This document shows, piece after piece, positions 24,785 through 34,314 of a stretch of DNA of 64,000 nucleotides. Positions within the stretch are counted from its first letter, which is position 1; every line of letters starts with the position of its first letter. Below the pieces are notes generated by a model that was given only the letters and a program-made list of their open reading frames with translations, had not been told where the DNA came from and made no database searches. Position numbers and translations under genes: made by a program. The DNA comes from Phyllobates terribilis (lineage: Eukaryota), in the NCBI RefSeq assembly GCF_046119375.1, contig NW_027362763.1:416020001-416084000 (forward strand), given 5' to 3'.

Positions 24785-25253
24785 ACCAACCAGGCCCATC
24801 AAACTGGTACCATTGATTCGTGGGAGGAAGACCTTTCCTGTCCACTGTGCTGGATGGCATCGCGACACCTGCCTTGCTGGACACGGGATCATCATGCCTG
24901 ATGTCCTCTACAAAAGGTTCTGGTCCATAGACGAACTTCACCCGCCAGATCCAAACCTTTCTGTGTATGCCTCCAATGGCCTTCCCCTTAACCTAGTCGG
25001 GGTTAAGGATGTGGCAGTAAAGGTGGGAAGAGTGGAACTGAAGGACCAGGGACTAATTGTAGTAGAGACTAATCCTGGTGATACAGACTTGTATATGGTA
25101 CTTGGCACAAATATTGTTTGTAACTGTTTGGGAGAAGTGTTGTTCTTGCTCCAACAGATGGCCGACACTGCCAAACCAGGGCAGAGGAGGGTGCTCCAGA
25201 AAGAGATATGAGCCCTTATGTACCAGCAACAGGTAAAATTGTCAGGTGGTGAA
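24746..25253 (+). pseudogene. pol: Gypsy A pol part 1: aspartic protease (disrupted)
   Basis: The -1 frame after TTTAAAC reads ..WYH*FVGGRPFLSTVLDGIATPALLDTGS, then frameshifts to IMPDVLYKRFW..VGRVELKDQGLIVV. Confidence 0.85.
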
Positions 25254-26517
25254 TGTAGTGCCGGCGTCCCTGCCCTCTGCTAGGCAGGGACGCTGTTCCC
25301 CTCACCGCTCTGCTCCGTGCCCGGCGTCCCTCTCCCGCTCTGCTGGCAGCGCGCGCTCCTTCCCGGCCACTGTGCTTAGGGCGCGCGCGCGCGCCCTCCC
25401 TCCCTCTTAAAGGGGCCGCGCGCGCCGTCCTAAGGAGTCCCCGGCCAATGGCCGGAGGACTTTACCATATATAAGGCACCTCCTCCAAAATGGAGGTGCC
25501 CGAGCAATGTTGTTGCACCGTTCTACTCTGCTTCAGCCCTCAGGTCCCGTTGCCAGTTACCTGCCAGTTACCTGCCAGATTCCTGCCAGCTTGCTGTCCT
25601 AATCCTGCCTGATTTCCTGTTACCTGCCTGCCTGCCTGAGGTCCGACGGTCTGCCTTACAACTCCGGTCAGTCTGTCTAAGGACCAACTTGCCCGCTCAC
25701 CTGGGAGCGCACATCAGCTACCTGCCTGCTTGCCTGAGGTCCGACGGTCTGCCTTACAACTCCGGTCAGTCTGTCTATGGACCAGCTTGCCCGCTCACCT
25801 GGGAGTGCTTCTCCGCTACCTGCCTGCTTGCCTGCCCGGAGGCTCCGCTGTCACGTGCTGTGACCACCAGCTATTCCAGACTCTTGCCCGCTCACCTGGG
25901 AGCGCTTCTCCGCTACCTGCCTGCTTGCCTGCCCGGAGGCTCCGCTGTCACGTGCTGGGACCACCAGCTATTCCAGACTCTTGCCCGCTCACCTGGGAGC
26001 GCTTCTCCGCTACCTGCCTGCTTGCCTGCCCGGGGGTTCCGCTGTCACGTGCTGGGACCACCAGCTATTCCAGAGACTCTTGCCCGCTCACCTGGGAGCG
26101 CTTCTCCGCTACCTGCTTGCTTGCCTACCTGGAGGCTCCGCCGTCACGTGCTGTGACCACCTGCTATTCCAGAGACTCTCGCTTGCTCACCTGGGAGCAC
26201 ACATCCTCCATCTGCCTTGCTAGCCTACCTGGAGGTTCAGCCATCACAGGTCGTACCTACCCTTTACCTAGAGACTGCCCCGGTCACTTGCCGTGACCTC
26301 CAGCCCGTTCTTCCAGAGACTGCCCCGGTCACTTGCCGTGACCTCCAGCCCGTTCTTCCAGAGACTGCCCTGATCACTTGCCGTGACCTCCTGCCCGTAC
26401 ACCCAGAGACTGTCCCGGTCACCTGCTGTGACTGCCTGCTTGGTCGCCACCCGCTCCCTTACAAGGACCGCTCCCTTGTATAGTAGCCCAGAGGTTCCGC
26501 CTCCCAGACCCGTTACA
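25254..26517 (+). repeat. 5' LTR of element B (1264 bp)
   Basis: Near-identical to 30732-31989: about 7 substitutions and one 6-bp (GC)n indel by manual comparison. Confidence 0.97.
25443..25507 (+). promoter_or_regulatory. LTR promoter core of B: CCAAT, TATA, 9-bp hairpin and predicted start region
   Basis: GGCCAAT at 25443-25449, TATATAA at 25468-25474, stem GGCACCTCC/GGAGGTGCC at 25475-25500, and GCCCGAGCAA at 25498-25507. Confidence 0.7.
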
Positions 26518-26519
26518 GT

Positions 26520-26529
26520 TTGCTCGGGC
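26520..26529 (+). other. Self-priming PBS of element B
   Basis: TTGCTCGGGC lies just after the LTR and is exactly complementary to 25498-25507. There is no TGG-type tRNA PBS. Confidence 0.75.
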
Positions 26530-26530
26530 C

Positions 26531-27481
26531 ATGGAACCCGGTGGCACCCAAGCTCCCTCGCTCTCGGACCTGTGTCATGAACTGTCCCGTCAAAGGTCCC
26601 AACAGGAGTCCATCCTGGGTCACCTGCGGAATGTCAATACTCGCCTGGACACTCTGACTGTTCCACCAACAACCTCCGCCAGTGCCATGTCTCGCAATCC
26701 GGCAGCTCCGCTATCCACTAACACCATGATATCCTACCCCGAACCTCGGCTTTCTGCACCTCCTCGCTTCGGAGGCGACTCAGCCCAGGCTCGGGGCTTC
26801 ATAAATCAGTGCACCCTGCACTTTGAACTATTGTCCCACCAGTTTAACTCCGACCGAGCCAAAATTGCATTCATCATGTCCCATCTCACCGGGGAGGCCC
26901 TGGCCTGGCTAAATCCTCTATGGGAGAGAGGAGACCCCCTGGTGTCCAACTTGCCTGCTTTTCTCACGGCTTTCCGGAAAGTCTTCGACGAACCCGGACG
27001 GAAGACCTCATCCGCATCATCGTTGCTACGCCTCCGTCAGGAAAGTCTCACCGTGGGCCAATATGCCATACGGTTCCGTACCCTTGCCTCGGAGCTGGCC
27101 TGGGATAACGACGCTCTGGTTTCCGTCTTCTGGGAGGGTCTGTCCGGCCGTATTAAAGATGAACTTGCCGGTCGGGACATTCCTACCACTCTCGATGACT
27201 TAATAACTCTTGCCACCCGGATTGACCTACGGTTCCAGGAGCGTGCCAGAGAGGTCACCCGTGAGAGGAGGTTACCACGTCTAGCTCCTACTTTTCAGAA
27301 ACCCGTCACTCCTTCTGTCTCTAACCAGGTACACCCTCCTGAGCCTATGCAGGTCGACCAGACCAAGATGGTCAAGACCCGTCAGGACTTACGCCGTGCC
27401 GAGGGGACCTGCTTCTACTGTGGCAGTAAGGAGCACCGGATCCGTGCCTGCCCGGAGAGGTCGGGAAACGCCTGTGTCTAG
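26531..27481 (+). CDS. gag: Gag of chromovirus B (PEG10/RTL-like capsid plus CCHC), 316 aa
   Basis: Motifs LSAPPRFGGDSAQARGFINQC, LRQESLTVGQYAIRFRTLA and the knuckle CFYCGSKEHRIRAC. Confidence 0.95.
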   Translation: MEPGGTQAPSLSDLCHELSRQRSQQESILGHLRNVNTRLDTLTVPPTTSASAMSRNPAAPLSTNTMISYPEPRLSAPPRFGGDSAQARGFINQCTLHFELLSHQFNSDRAKIAFIMSHLTGEALAWLNPLWERGDPLVSNLPAFLTAFRKVFDEPGRKTSSASSLLRLRQESLTVGQYAIRFRTLASELAWDNDALVSVFWEGLSGRIKDELAGRDIPTTLDDLITLATRIDLRFQERAREVTRERRLPRLAPTFQKPVTPSVSNQVHPPEPMQVDQTKMVKTRQDLRRAEGTCFYCGSKEHRIRACPERSGNACV

Positions 27482-30400
27482 GTTCGCTCAGAGAGGTCCA
27501 CCTAGACAAGAATAAATCCTCTCCATCCCTGCTGTTGTCAGTTTCAATCGTCTACGGGGAGAACCGTTATTTCGAACTAGCCCAACTGGACTCTGGAGCA
27601 GGCGGGAATCTTATTTCACAGTCCCTGGTAGAGAAATACCGCATCCCCACCAAACCTCTGGCTGTACCCTTGTCTGTTGCTGCCGTGGATGGGGGGCTCT
27701 TACCACGCCCCATCCAACTCATCACCGAATCCATTACTCTGCAGGTGGGAATGCTGCATTCTGAAAGTATCTCCTTCCATGTTCTGCCTGGACTCTCTCA
27801 CGCCCTCTTGCTAGGCCTACCTTGGCTCCAGAAACATGCACCCGTTCTTGACTGGCAGACCGGAGAAGTCCTTCGCTGGGGACAGGGCTGCCATAAGACC
27901 TGTCTGGTTCCCGTTCATCCCGTCCGTCCTTCTCCTACCCCAGCTAATCTACCTGGACTTCCGATTCCTTATTGGTCTTATGCTGATGTCTTTAATAAAA
28001 AGGAGGCAGAGACACTACCCCCTCATAGACCATACGACTGCCCTATCGACCTGTTACCTGGTACTTCTCCTCCCCGTGGGCGTATTTATCCATTATCCGC
28101 TGCTGAGACCCAGTCGATGTCCGAATATATTGAGGAGAATCTGGCCAGGGGATTCATCCGGAAATCTACCTCCCTGGCGGGAGCAGGCTTCTTTTTCGTC
28201 AAAAAGAAGGACGGCTCTCTCCGTCCCTGTATAGACTATAGAGGCCTTAACCAGATCACGGTGAAGAATAAGTACCCCCTTCCGCTCATTCCGGAGTTAT
28301 TTGATCGTCTGAGGGGGGCTAGAATCTTCACCAAACTGGACCTCCGTGGGGCGTACAACCTGGTTCGTATCCGTCAGGGGGATGAATGGAAGACGGCATT
28401 CAACACCCGGGACGGCCACTATGAATATCTGGTAATGCCCTTTGGCCTCTGTAACGCTCCTGCCGTCTTTCAAGAGTTGGTCAATGACATCTTCCGGGAC
28501 CTTCTCTACTCCTGCGTAGTGGTGTACCTGGACGACATCTTGGTCTTCTCTCCGGATCTCCAGACTCACCGGAGGGATGTTTGTCAGGTCCTGCTCAGGC
28601 TCAGGCAGAACCATCTCTACGCTAAATATGAGAAGTGCCTCTTTGAGCAGACCTCGCTTCCGTTTCTGGGCTACATTATCTCTCAGACCGGCCTACAAAT
28701 GGATCCTGAGAAACTGTCTGCCATCGAGAAATGGCCCCGACCAGAGGGGTTGAAGGCTATTCAACGGTTCCTGGGCTTCGCCAACTATTACCGCCTCTTC
28801 ATCCCGCACTTCTCTTCCCGGACTGCCCCAATTTCCGCGCTCACCCGTAAGGGTACTAATCCCAAAGAGTGGCCGCCCGAAGCAGAGGAGGCCTTTCTTT
28901 CCCTAAAACAGGCCTTCTCTTCCGCCCCGGTGCTGCATCGCCTGGACGGCAACAAGCAGTTCTTCCTGGAAGTTGACGCCTCCTCCTCTGGAGCCGGAGC
29001 GGTACTTACTCAAAAATCATCTTCCGGGAGAATGGTAACTTGTGGCTTCTTCTCCAAACTCTTCTCCTCTTCTGAGCGCAACTATTCCATAGGAGACCGA
29101 GAGTTATTGGCCATCAAGCTGGCGTTGGAGGAGTGGTGTTACCTACTCGAGGGGGCTCTTCATCCGGTAATAATTTACACTGACCACAAGAACTTGGCTT
29201 ACCTCCAGCATGCCCAGAGACTTAACCCGCGCCAAGCCCGGTGGTCCTTGTTTTTTGCTCGCTTTGATTTTGTTCTTCATTTTCGCCCGGCTGACAAAAA
29301 CGTCAAAGCAGACGCCTTGTCCCGATCCTTTCTGGTGTCCGATCTCGAGGAAGAACCTAAACATATCATCGATCCCGCCAGAGTAATGCAGGTGGCTCCC
29401 GTGAGTCTAAATCGTCTCCCTCCCGGTAAGACGTTTGTTTCAGTACCTGATCGGGAGAAGATCCTACACTGGGGCCATTCGTCTAAACTAGCTGGCCACG
29501 CCGGTCAGAAAAAGACCCTCCAGCTTATTGCCCGGCACTATTGGTGGCCTACCCTGCACAAGGACATAATAGACTTTGTTTCTGCCTGTGTGTCCTGCGC
29601 CCGCAACAAAGTCCCGAGACATCTGCCAGCCGGACGCCTCCTTCCGCTTCCTGTACCTGCTGCCCCCTGGCAGCATATAGCAATGGACTTTATAACTGAT
29701 CTCCCCGTCTCTGCCGGTTGTACGGTCATTTGGGTGGTCGCTGACCGCTTTTCCAAGATGGCTCACTTTATTCCCCTGCCAGGCCTTCCGTCTGCACCCG
29801 AGCTGGCTAAAGACTTTATCCGCCACATCTTCTGTCTTCATGGCCTGCCCCTCCACATCGTGTCGGATCGTGGGGTACATTTCACCTCACGTTTCTGGAG
29901 AGCCACTTGTAAACTACTAGACGTCACCCTGGACTTCTCTTCCGCTTACCACCCACAGTCCAATGGTCAAGTGGAGCGGATCAATCAGAACCTGACCAGT
30001 TACCTCCGGCACTTCGTTAATGCCCACCATTCTGACTGGGTGGATCTCCTACCATGGGCCGAGTTCTCTTATAATAATCACGAGAGCGAATCCTCCTCCA
30101 AATCCCCGTTTTTTGTAGTCTTTGGTCAGCATCCTCGGATTCCTTTTCCTGTCTCCACCTCTGTGGACAACCCGGCTGCGGAATCTCTCATTAGCAAATT
30201 TTCCTCCATATGGGAGAGTACCCGGTCCGCACTCCTTCTGTCATCCGAGCGTATGAAAAGACACGCTGACAAAAAACGCCTGGATCCTCCACAATTTCGT
30301 CCAGGAGATAAAGTCTGGCTCTCATCTAAATATGTTCGACTCAAGATACCTTCTTACAAGTTAGGGCCTCGGTTCATCGGTCCTCTGGAGGTCATCAGTC

Positions 30401-30882
30401 AGATCAACCCGGTGGCCTATAAATTGAAACTCCCGGCCATCTTACGGATCCCTAACTCCTTCCATGTATCTCTCCTCAAACCCGTGGTGCTTAACTCTTT
30501 TTCCAAGTCTACAGGTACGCCTCCTGCTCCGGTTTCTGCTGAGGACGAGTTTGAGGTAGAGAACATTCTTGCCACCAAAAGGGTAAGAGGAAAGACCTTT
30601 TTTCTGGTAGATTGGAAGGGGTTTGGTCCTGAGGAGAGAACGTGGGAGCCCCGGGAGAACATCCATGCCCCTCTCATCCTAGCTAAATTTCTATCTGGCC
30701 TAAAAAAGGGGGGGCCTAAAGGGGGGGGTACTGTAGTGCCGGCGTCCCTGCCCTCTGCTAGGCAGGGACGCTGTTCCCCTCACCGCTCTGCTCCGTGCCC
30801 GGCGTCCCTCTCCCGCTCTGCTGGCAGCGCGCGCTCCTTCCCGGCCACTGTGCTTAGGGCGCGCGCCCTCCCTCCCTCTTAA
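27469..30882 (+). CDS. pol: Pol of chromovirus B, expressed by -1 frameshift (PR, RT, RNaseH, IN, chromodomain)
   Basis: Open from the GGGAAAC site. Motifs LDSGA, VVYLDD, EVDAS/RELLA/TDHKNL, H-x6-H..CVSC, MDFITD/SDRG/QVER and FEVENIL..VDWKGFGPEERTWEP. Confidence 0.95.
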   Translation, partial: RLCLGSLREVHLDKNKSSPSLLLSVSIVYGENRYFELAQLDSGAGGNLISQSLVEKYRIPTKPLAVPLSVAAVDGGLLPRPIQLITESITLQVGMLHSESISFHVLPGLSHALLLGLPWLQKHAPVLDWQTGEVLRWGQGCHKTCLVPVHPVRPSPTPANLPGLPIPYWSYADVFNKKEAETLPPHRPYDCPIDLLPGTSPPRGRIYPLSAAETQSMSEYIEENLARGFIRKSTSLAGAGFFFVKKKDGSLRPCIDYRGLNQITVKNKYPLPLIPELFDRLRGARIFTKLDLRGAYNLVRIRQGDEWKTAFNTRDGHYEYLVMPFGLCNAPAVFQELVNDIFRDLLYSCVVVYLDDILVFSPDLQTHRRDVCQVLLRLRQNHLYAKYEKCLFEQTSLPFLGYIISQTGLQMDPEKLSAIEKWPRPEGLKAIQRFLGFANYYRLFIPHFSSRTAPISALTRKGTNPKEWPPEAEEAFLSLKQAFSSAPVLHRLDGNKQFFLEVDASSSGAGAVLTQKSSSGRMVTCGFFSKLFSSSERNYSIGDRELLAIKLALEEWCYLLEGALHPVIIYTDHKNLAYLQHAQRLNPRQARWSLFFARFDFVLHFRPADKNVKADALSRSFLVSDLEEEPKHIIDPARVMQVAPVSLNRLPPGKTFVSVPDREKILHWGHSSKLAGHAGQKKTLQLIARHYWWPTLHKDIIDFVSACVSCARNKVPRHLPAGRLLPLPVPAAPWQHIAMDFITDLPVSAGCTVIWVVADRFSKMAHFIPLPGLPSAPELAKDFIRHIFCLHGLPLHIVSDRGVHFTSRFWRATCKLLDVTLDFSSAYHPQSNGQVERINQNLTSYLRHFVNAHHSDWVDLLPWAEFSYNNHESESSSKSPFFVVFGQHPRIPFPVSTSVDNPAAESLISKFSSIWESTRSALLLSSERMKRHADKKRLDPPQFRPGDKVWLSSKYVRLKIPSYKLGPRFIGPLEVISQINPVAYKLKLPAILRIPNSFHVSLLKPVVLNSFSKSTGTPPAPVSAEDEFEVENILATKRVRGKTFFLVDWKGFGPEERTWEPRENIHAPLILAKFLSGLKKGGPKGGGTVVPASLPSARQGRCSPHRSAPCPASLSRSAGSARSFPATVLRARALPPS
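30700..30730 (+). other. Polypurine tract of element B
   Basis: A6-G7-cctaaa-G8-ta immediately before the 3' LTR. Confidence 0.85.
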
Positions 30883-31989
30883 AGGGGCCGCGCGCGCCGT
30901 CCTAAGGAGTCCCCGGCCAATGGCCGGAGGACTTTACCATATATAAGGCACCTCCTCCAAAATGGAGGTGCCCGAGCAATGCTGTTGCACCGTTCTACTC
31001 TGCTTCAGCCCTCAGGTCCCGTTGCCAGTTACCTGCCAGTTACCTGCCAGATTCCTGCCAGCTTGCTGTCCTAATCCTGCCTGATTTCCTGTTACCTGCC
31101 TGCCTGCCTGAGGTCCGACGGTCTGCCTTACAACTCCGGTCAGTCTGTCTAAGGACCAACTTGCCCGCTCACCTGGGAGCGCACATCAGCTACCTGCCTG
31201 CTTGCCTGAGGTCCGACGGTCTGCCTTACAACTCCGGTCAGTCTGTCCAAGGACCAGCTTGCCCGCTCACCTGGGAGCGCTTCTCCGCTACCTGCCTGCT
31301 TGCCTGCCCGGAGGCTCCGCTGTCACGTGCTGTGACCACCAGCTATTCCAGACTCTTGCCCGCTCACCTGGGAGCGCTTCTCCGCTACCTGCCTGCTTGC
31401 CTGCCCGGAGGCTCCGCTGTCACGTGCTGTGACCACCAGCTATTCCAGACTCTTGCCCGCTCACCTGGGAGCGCTTCTCCGCTACCTGCCTGCTTGCCTG
31501 CCCGGGGGTTCCGCTGTCACGTGCTGGGACCACCAGCTATTCCAGAGACTCTTGCCCGCTCACCTGGGAGCGCTTCTCCGCTACCTGCCTGCTTGCCTAC
31601 CTGGAGGCTCCGCCGTCACGTGCTGTGACCACCTGCTATTCCAGAGACTCTCGCTTGCTCACCTGGGAGCACACATCCTCCATCTGCCTTGCTAGCCTAC
31701 CTGGAGGTTCAGCCATCACAGGTCGTACCTACCCTTTACCTAGAGACTGCCCCGGTCACTTGCCGTGACCTCCAGCCCGTTCTTCCAGAGACTGCCCCGG
31801 TCACTTGCCGTGACCTCCAGCCCGTTCTTCCAGAGACTGCCCTGATCACTTGCCGTGACCTCCTGCCCGTACACCCAGAGACTGTCCCGGTCACCTGCTG
31901 TGACTGCCTGCCTGGTCGCCACCCGCTCCCTTACAAGGACCGCTCCCTTGTATAGTAGCCCAGAGGTTCCGCCTCCCAGACCCGTTACA
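30732..31989 (+). repeat. 3' LTR of element B (1258 bp)
   Basis: TGTAGTGCC...CCGTTACA, followed by the TSD GTGAA. Confidence 0.97.
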
Positions 31990-32968
31990 GTGAAATTGGT
32001 AATGTACGGGTGACAGACCCGATGCTCACTGTGATACCCCCGTTAAGCGAAATGTTGATTTGGTGTAGGGCAGCAATAGGTCTCAGGGGACAGAACTACC
32101 AGGCGGTAGTAGAGTCCATTAGCTCAGAGCACAGACCTACACTGTTAACTGCCAGAGGGGTAGTTGACGTATGCAATGGGAGGGTACCCATCCGTCTCCT
32201 AAATTATGGAGAAGAGGAAGTTAAATTGCCACGATACGCCACGGTTGCCAGATTATATACTGTGGACAATAGCGACATACACACAGTAGAGTCCTTAACC
32301 TCATCAGACACAGTGGAGGGTAATGACTCAGACACCCAGGTGGGGGATTGGTGTCAACAGCTCCATGTTGGGACTGACGCCACTCCTGTCCATCAAAAAG
32401 AAGGTGTACACAGGGTGGTCCAGGAATACGAACAGGTATTCAGAAAACACCCACTTGATTTTGGGAGGATTAAAGGGGTACAACACCATATACCCACAGG
32501 TGACCATCCACCCATCAAAGAACGTTACAGGCCTATACCACCAGCACACTACCAGAAATCGAAGGAAATGTTGCATGACATGAAGAAAGCTGGGGTAATA
32601 AGAGATAGCTGTAGCCCCTGGGCAGCTCCCCTGGTCCTGGTCAGGAAAAAGGATGGAAGCATGAGGATGTGTGTAGATTACAGACAGGTAAATCGCATAA
32701 CACATAAAGATGCATACCCTTTGCCCCGTATAGAGGAATCCCTGGCTGCACTAAAGTCTGCAAATTACTTCTCTACGCTTGACCTCACTAGTGGGTACTG
32801 GCAAGTAGCAGTTGCTGAGGAGGACCGGGAGAAGACAGCCTTCACTACCCCGACGGGACTCTGCGAGTTCAACAGTATGCCGTTCGGACTCTGCAACGCC
32901 CCTGGAACGTTCCAGAGATTGATGGAGTGCTGTTTGGGACACTGTAACTTCGAGACCGTGCTGCTATA
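31990..32968 (+). pseudogene. pol: Gypsy A pol part 2: PR-RT linker and reverse transcriptase, cut at the Tyr of YxDD
   Basis: SPWAAPLVLVRKKDGSMRMCVDYR, DLTSGYWQV, MPFGLCNAPGTFQRLM..ETVLLY, then a Tc1 TIR. Confidence 0.9.
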
Positions 32969-33198
32969 CAGTACAGACCAAAAGATTGGACACACCTTCT
33001 CATTTAAAGATTTTTCTGTATTTTCATGACTTTGAAAATTGTACATTCACACTGAAGGCATCAAAACTATGAATTAACACATGTGGAATTATATACTTAA
33101 CAAAAAAGTGTGAAACAACTGAAAATATGTCTTATATTCTAGGTTCTTCAAAGTAGCCACCTTTTGCTTTGATGACTGCTTTGCACACTCTTAGCATT
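32969..33198 (+). mobile_element. Tc1 terminal fragment (one TIR only)
   Basis: TA followed by CAGTACAGACCAAAAGATTGGACACACC; it ends abruptly at about 33198. Confidence 0.8.
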
Positions 33199-33367
33199 AG
33201 TTAGACAATTGAAAAAAGCCTTGGACAGGCTGAAACGTCTTGTGTGAGTTGTGGAATAAATCAACTGATTATCAACACGTGAGTGCCGGGATTTTCTTTT
33301 CCTACAGACATTGTTTTCCACGTGCACCACTCTAGCTATACGGAGTGCCGACTATTCCTTTTTGATA
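33199..33367 (+). mobile_element. Probable Penelope-like element terminal-repeat/tail remnant
   Basis: Hammerhead-like motif, then AATAAA (33256-33261), then GTGAGTGCCG, an order that resembles PLE tails. Confidence 0.55.
33201..33247 (+). ncRNA. Minimal type I hammerhead-ribozyme-like motif (U3-A8 core variant)
   Basis: Stem I TTAGACAA/TTGTGTGA, core TTGAAAA(A), stem II AGCCT-tggac-AGGCT, GAA, palindromic stem III ACGT, and a GUC cleavage triplet at 33237-33239. Confidence 0.6.
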
Positions 33368-34314
33368 CTCATTACATACAAACACCTCCACCCTTCCACC
33401 TCACACCACCAGAGTGACCCTGGATAGGGATATATATATGGAGGGTGGAGCCAGACAGCTCAGTTTGTTGTGAGTCAGACTGAGAGAGAGAGTCTGAGAG
33501 CGTGCTGGGTTCTGAGGGCCCTGAGTGTGGCGGAAGGCAAGAGGAGAAAGGAGAGAGGAGTTGAGGGGGCAGAGGAGCATCATAGGCTCACCCCGATATA
33601 CAAACCGGACACCGGGTCTGTGCCTACAGGGTCCCTTTATACCCAATAGGGATTACCGGCATTCCAGGAGGACTACAAGTCCCTGGACGACCAGAAGCTA
33701 GACCCATTACAGGACCAGGAACCACAAGGCCCCAGCGTCCAGGGAGAGTGGTTACCAGCAGAAGGTCCTACTACCGAGCAACAGGTGAAGGAACAGCATG
33801 ACACATAAGCTAGGCCCTGTTGCAGGCTGGCCAGGAGCATACAGAGAGGCAGACACAGACCAGGAGGCCTTATACCCGCTCACTGGGGAGAAGTCCTGAA
33901 GTGCAGCCACCTTACTGAGTACCCTGGACCGTACCTGACATCTGCACCAGTAAAGGTATTGAAGCGAATCCCCTGTCTCTGTCAGTTACTCCTGCTACGC
34001 CACCCCGCCTGCACTACAAGCCCCAGCATCACCACTATCAAACTCCACACTGCCCCGGGGGCCCGCTCCACCTGTGGGGAGCAGAAACACCTCAGCTGCC
34101 ATCCCATCACCCCCCGGAGGTCTGCAGCAGCACTGGTAAACCTTACCAGGTACCACAGGTGGCGTCACAAACTTTATAAACCCCCCCTATAAATAAAAAA
34201 AACCCTTTTTATTGTCCGCCCTGGGTCACGGACCGGGCCAGCCACCATGATATCCCCCACCAGCATCCATAGGCCCGGCTGCCGAGTAACCCCCACGGCC
34301 TAGGGGGTGTGTCA
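33368..34314 (+). repeat. 3' LTR of Gypsy A (first ~70 bp missing)
   Basis: Colinear with 22318-23302, with scattered substitutions and a ~35-bp deletion. Ends GTGTGTCA, followed by the TSD GCTC. Confidence 0.9.

Larger units (their letters stand above)
25254..31989 (+). mobile_element. Gypsy chromovirus B (Tf1/sushi type), full length 6736 bp, apparently intact
   Basis: TGT...ACA LTRs, 5-bp TSD GTGAA (25249-25253 and 31990-31994), gag, pol (PR-RT-RH-IN-chromodomain) and a PPT. Confidence 0.97.
22249..34314 (+). mobile_element. Gypsy LTR retrotransposon A (decayed; RNaseH, integrase and PPT deleted; hosts element B)
   Basis: 4-bp TSD GCTC at 22245-22248 and 34315-34318, two LTRs, a PBS, gag, and protease and RT fragments. 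Confidence 0.92.

Noticed and set aside
25689-26483. ORFs of 80-188 aa inside the LTRs of B (also 31161-31955)
   Set aside because: By-products of the 98-bp and 45-bp tandem units in GC-rich DNA, with no domain signature.
30000-34314. env-like or accessory ORF in either Gypsy element
   Set aside because: Pol of B runs directly into the PPT/LTR, and the matching region of A is deleted. The short antisense ORFs are shadows of pol.
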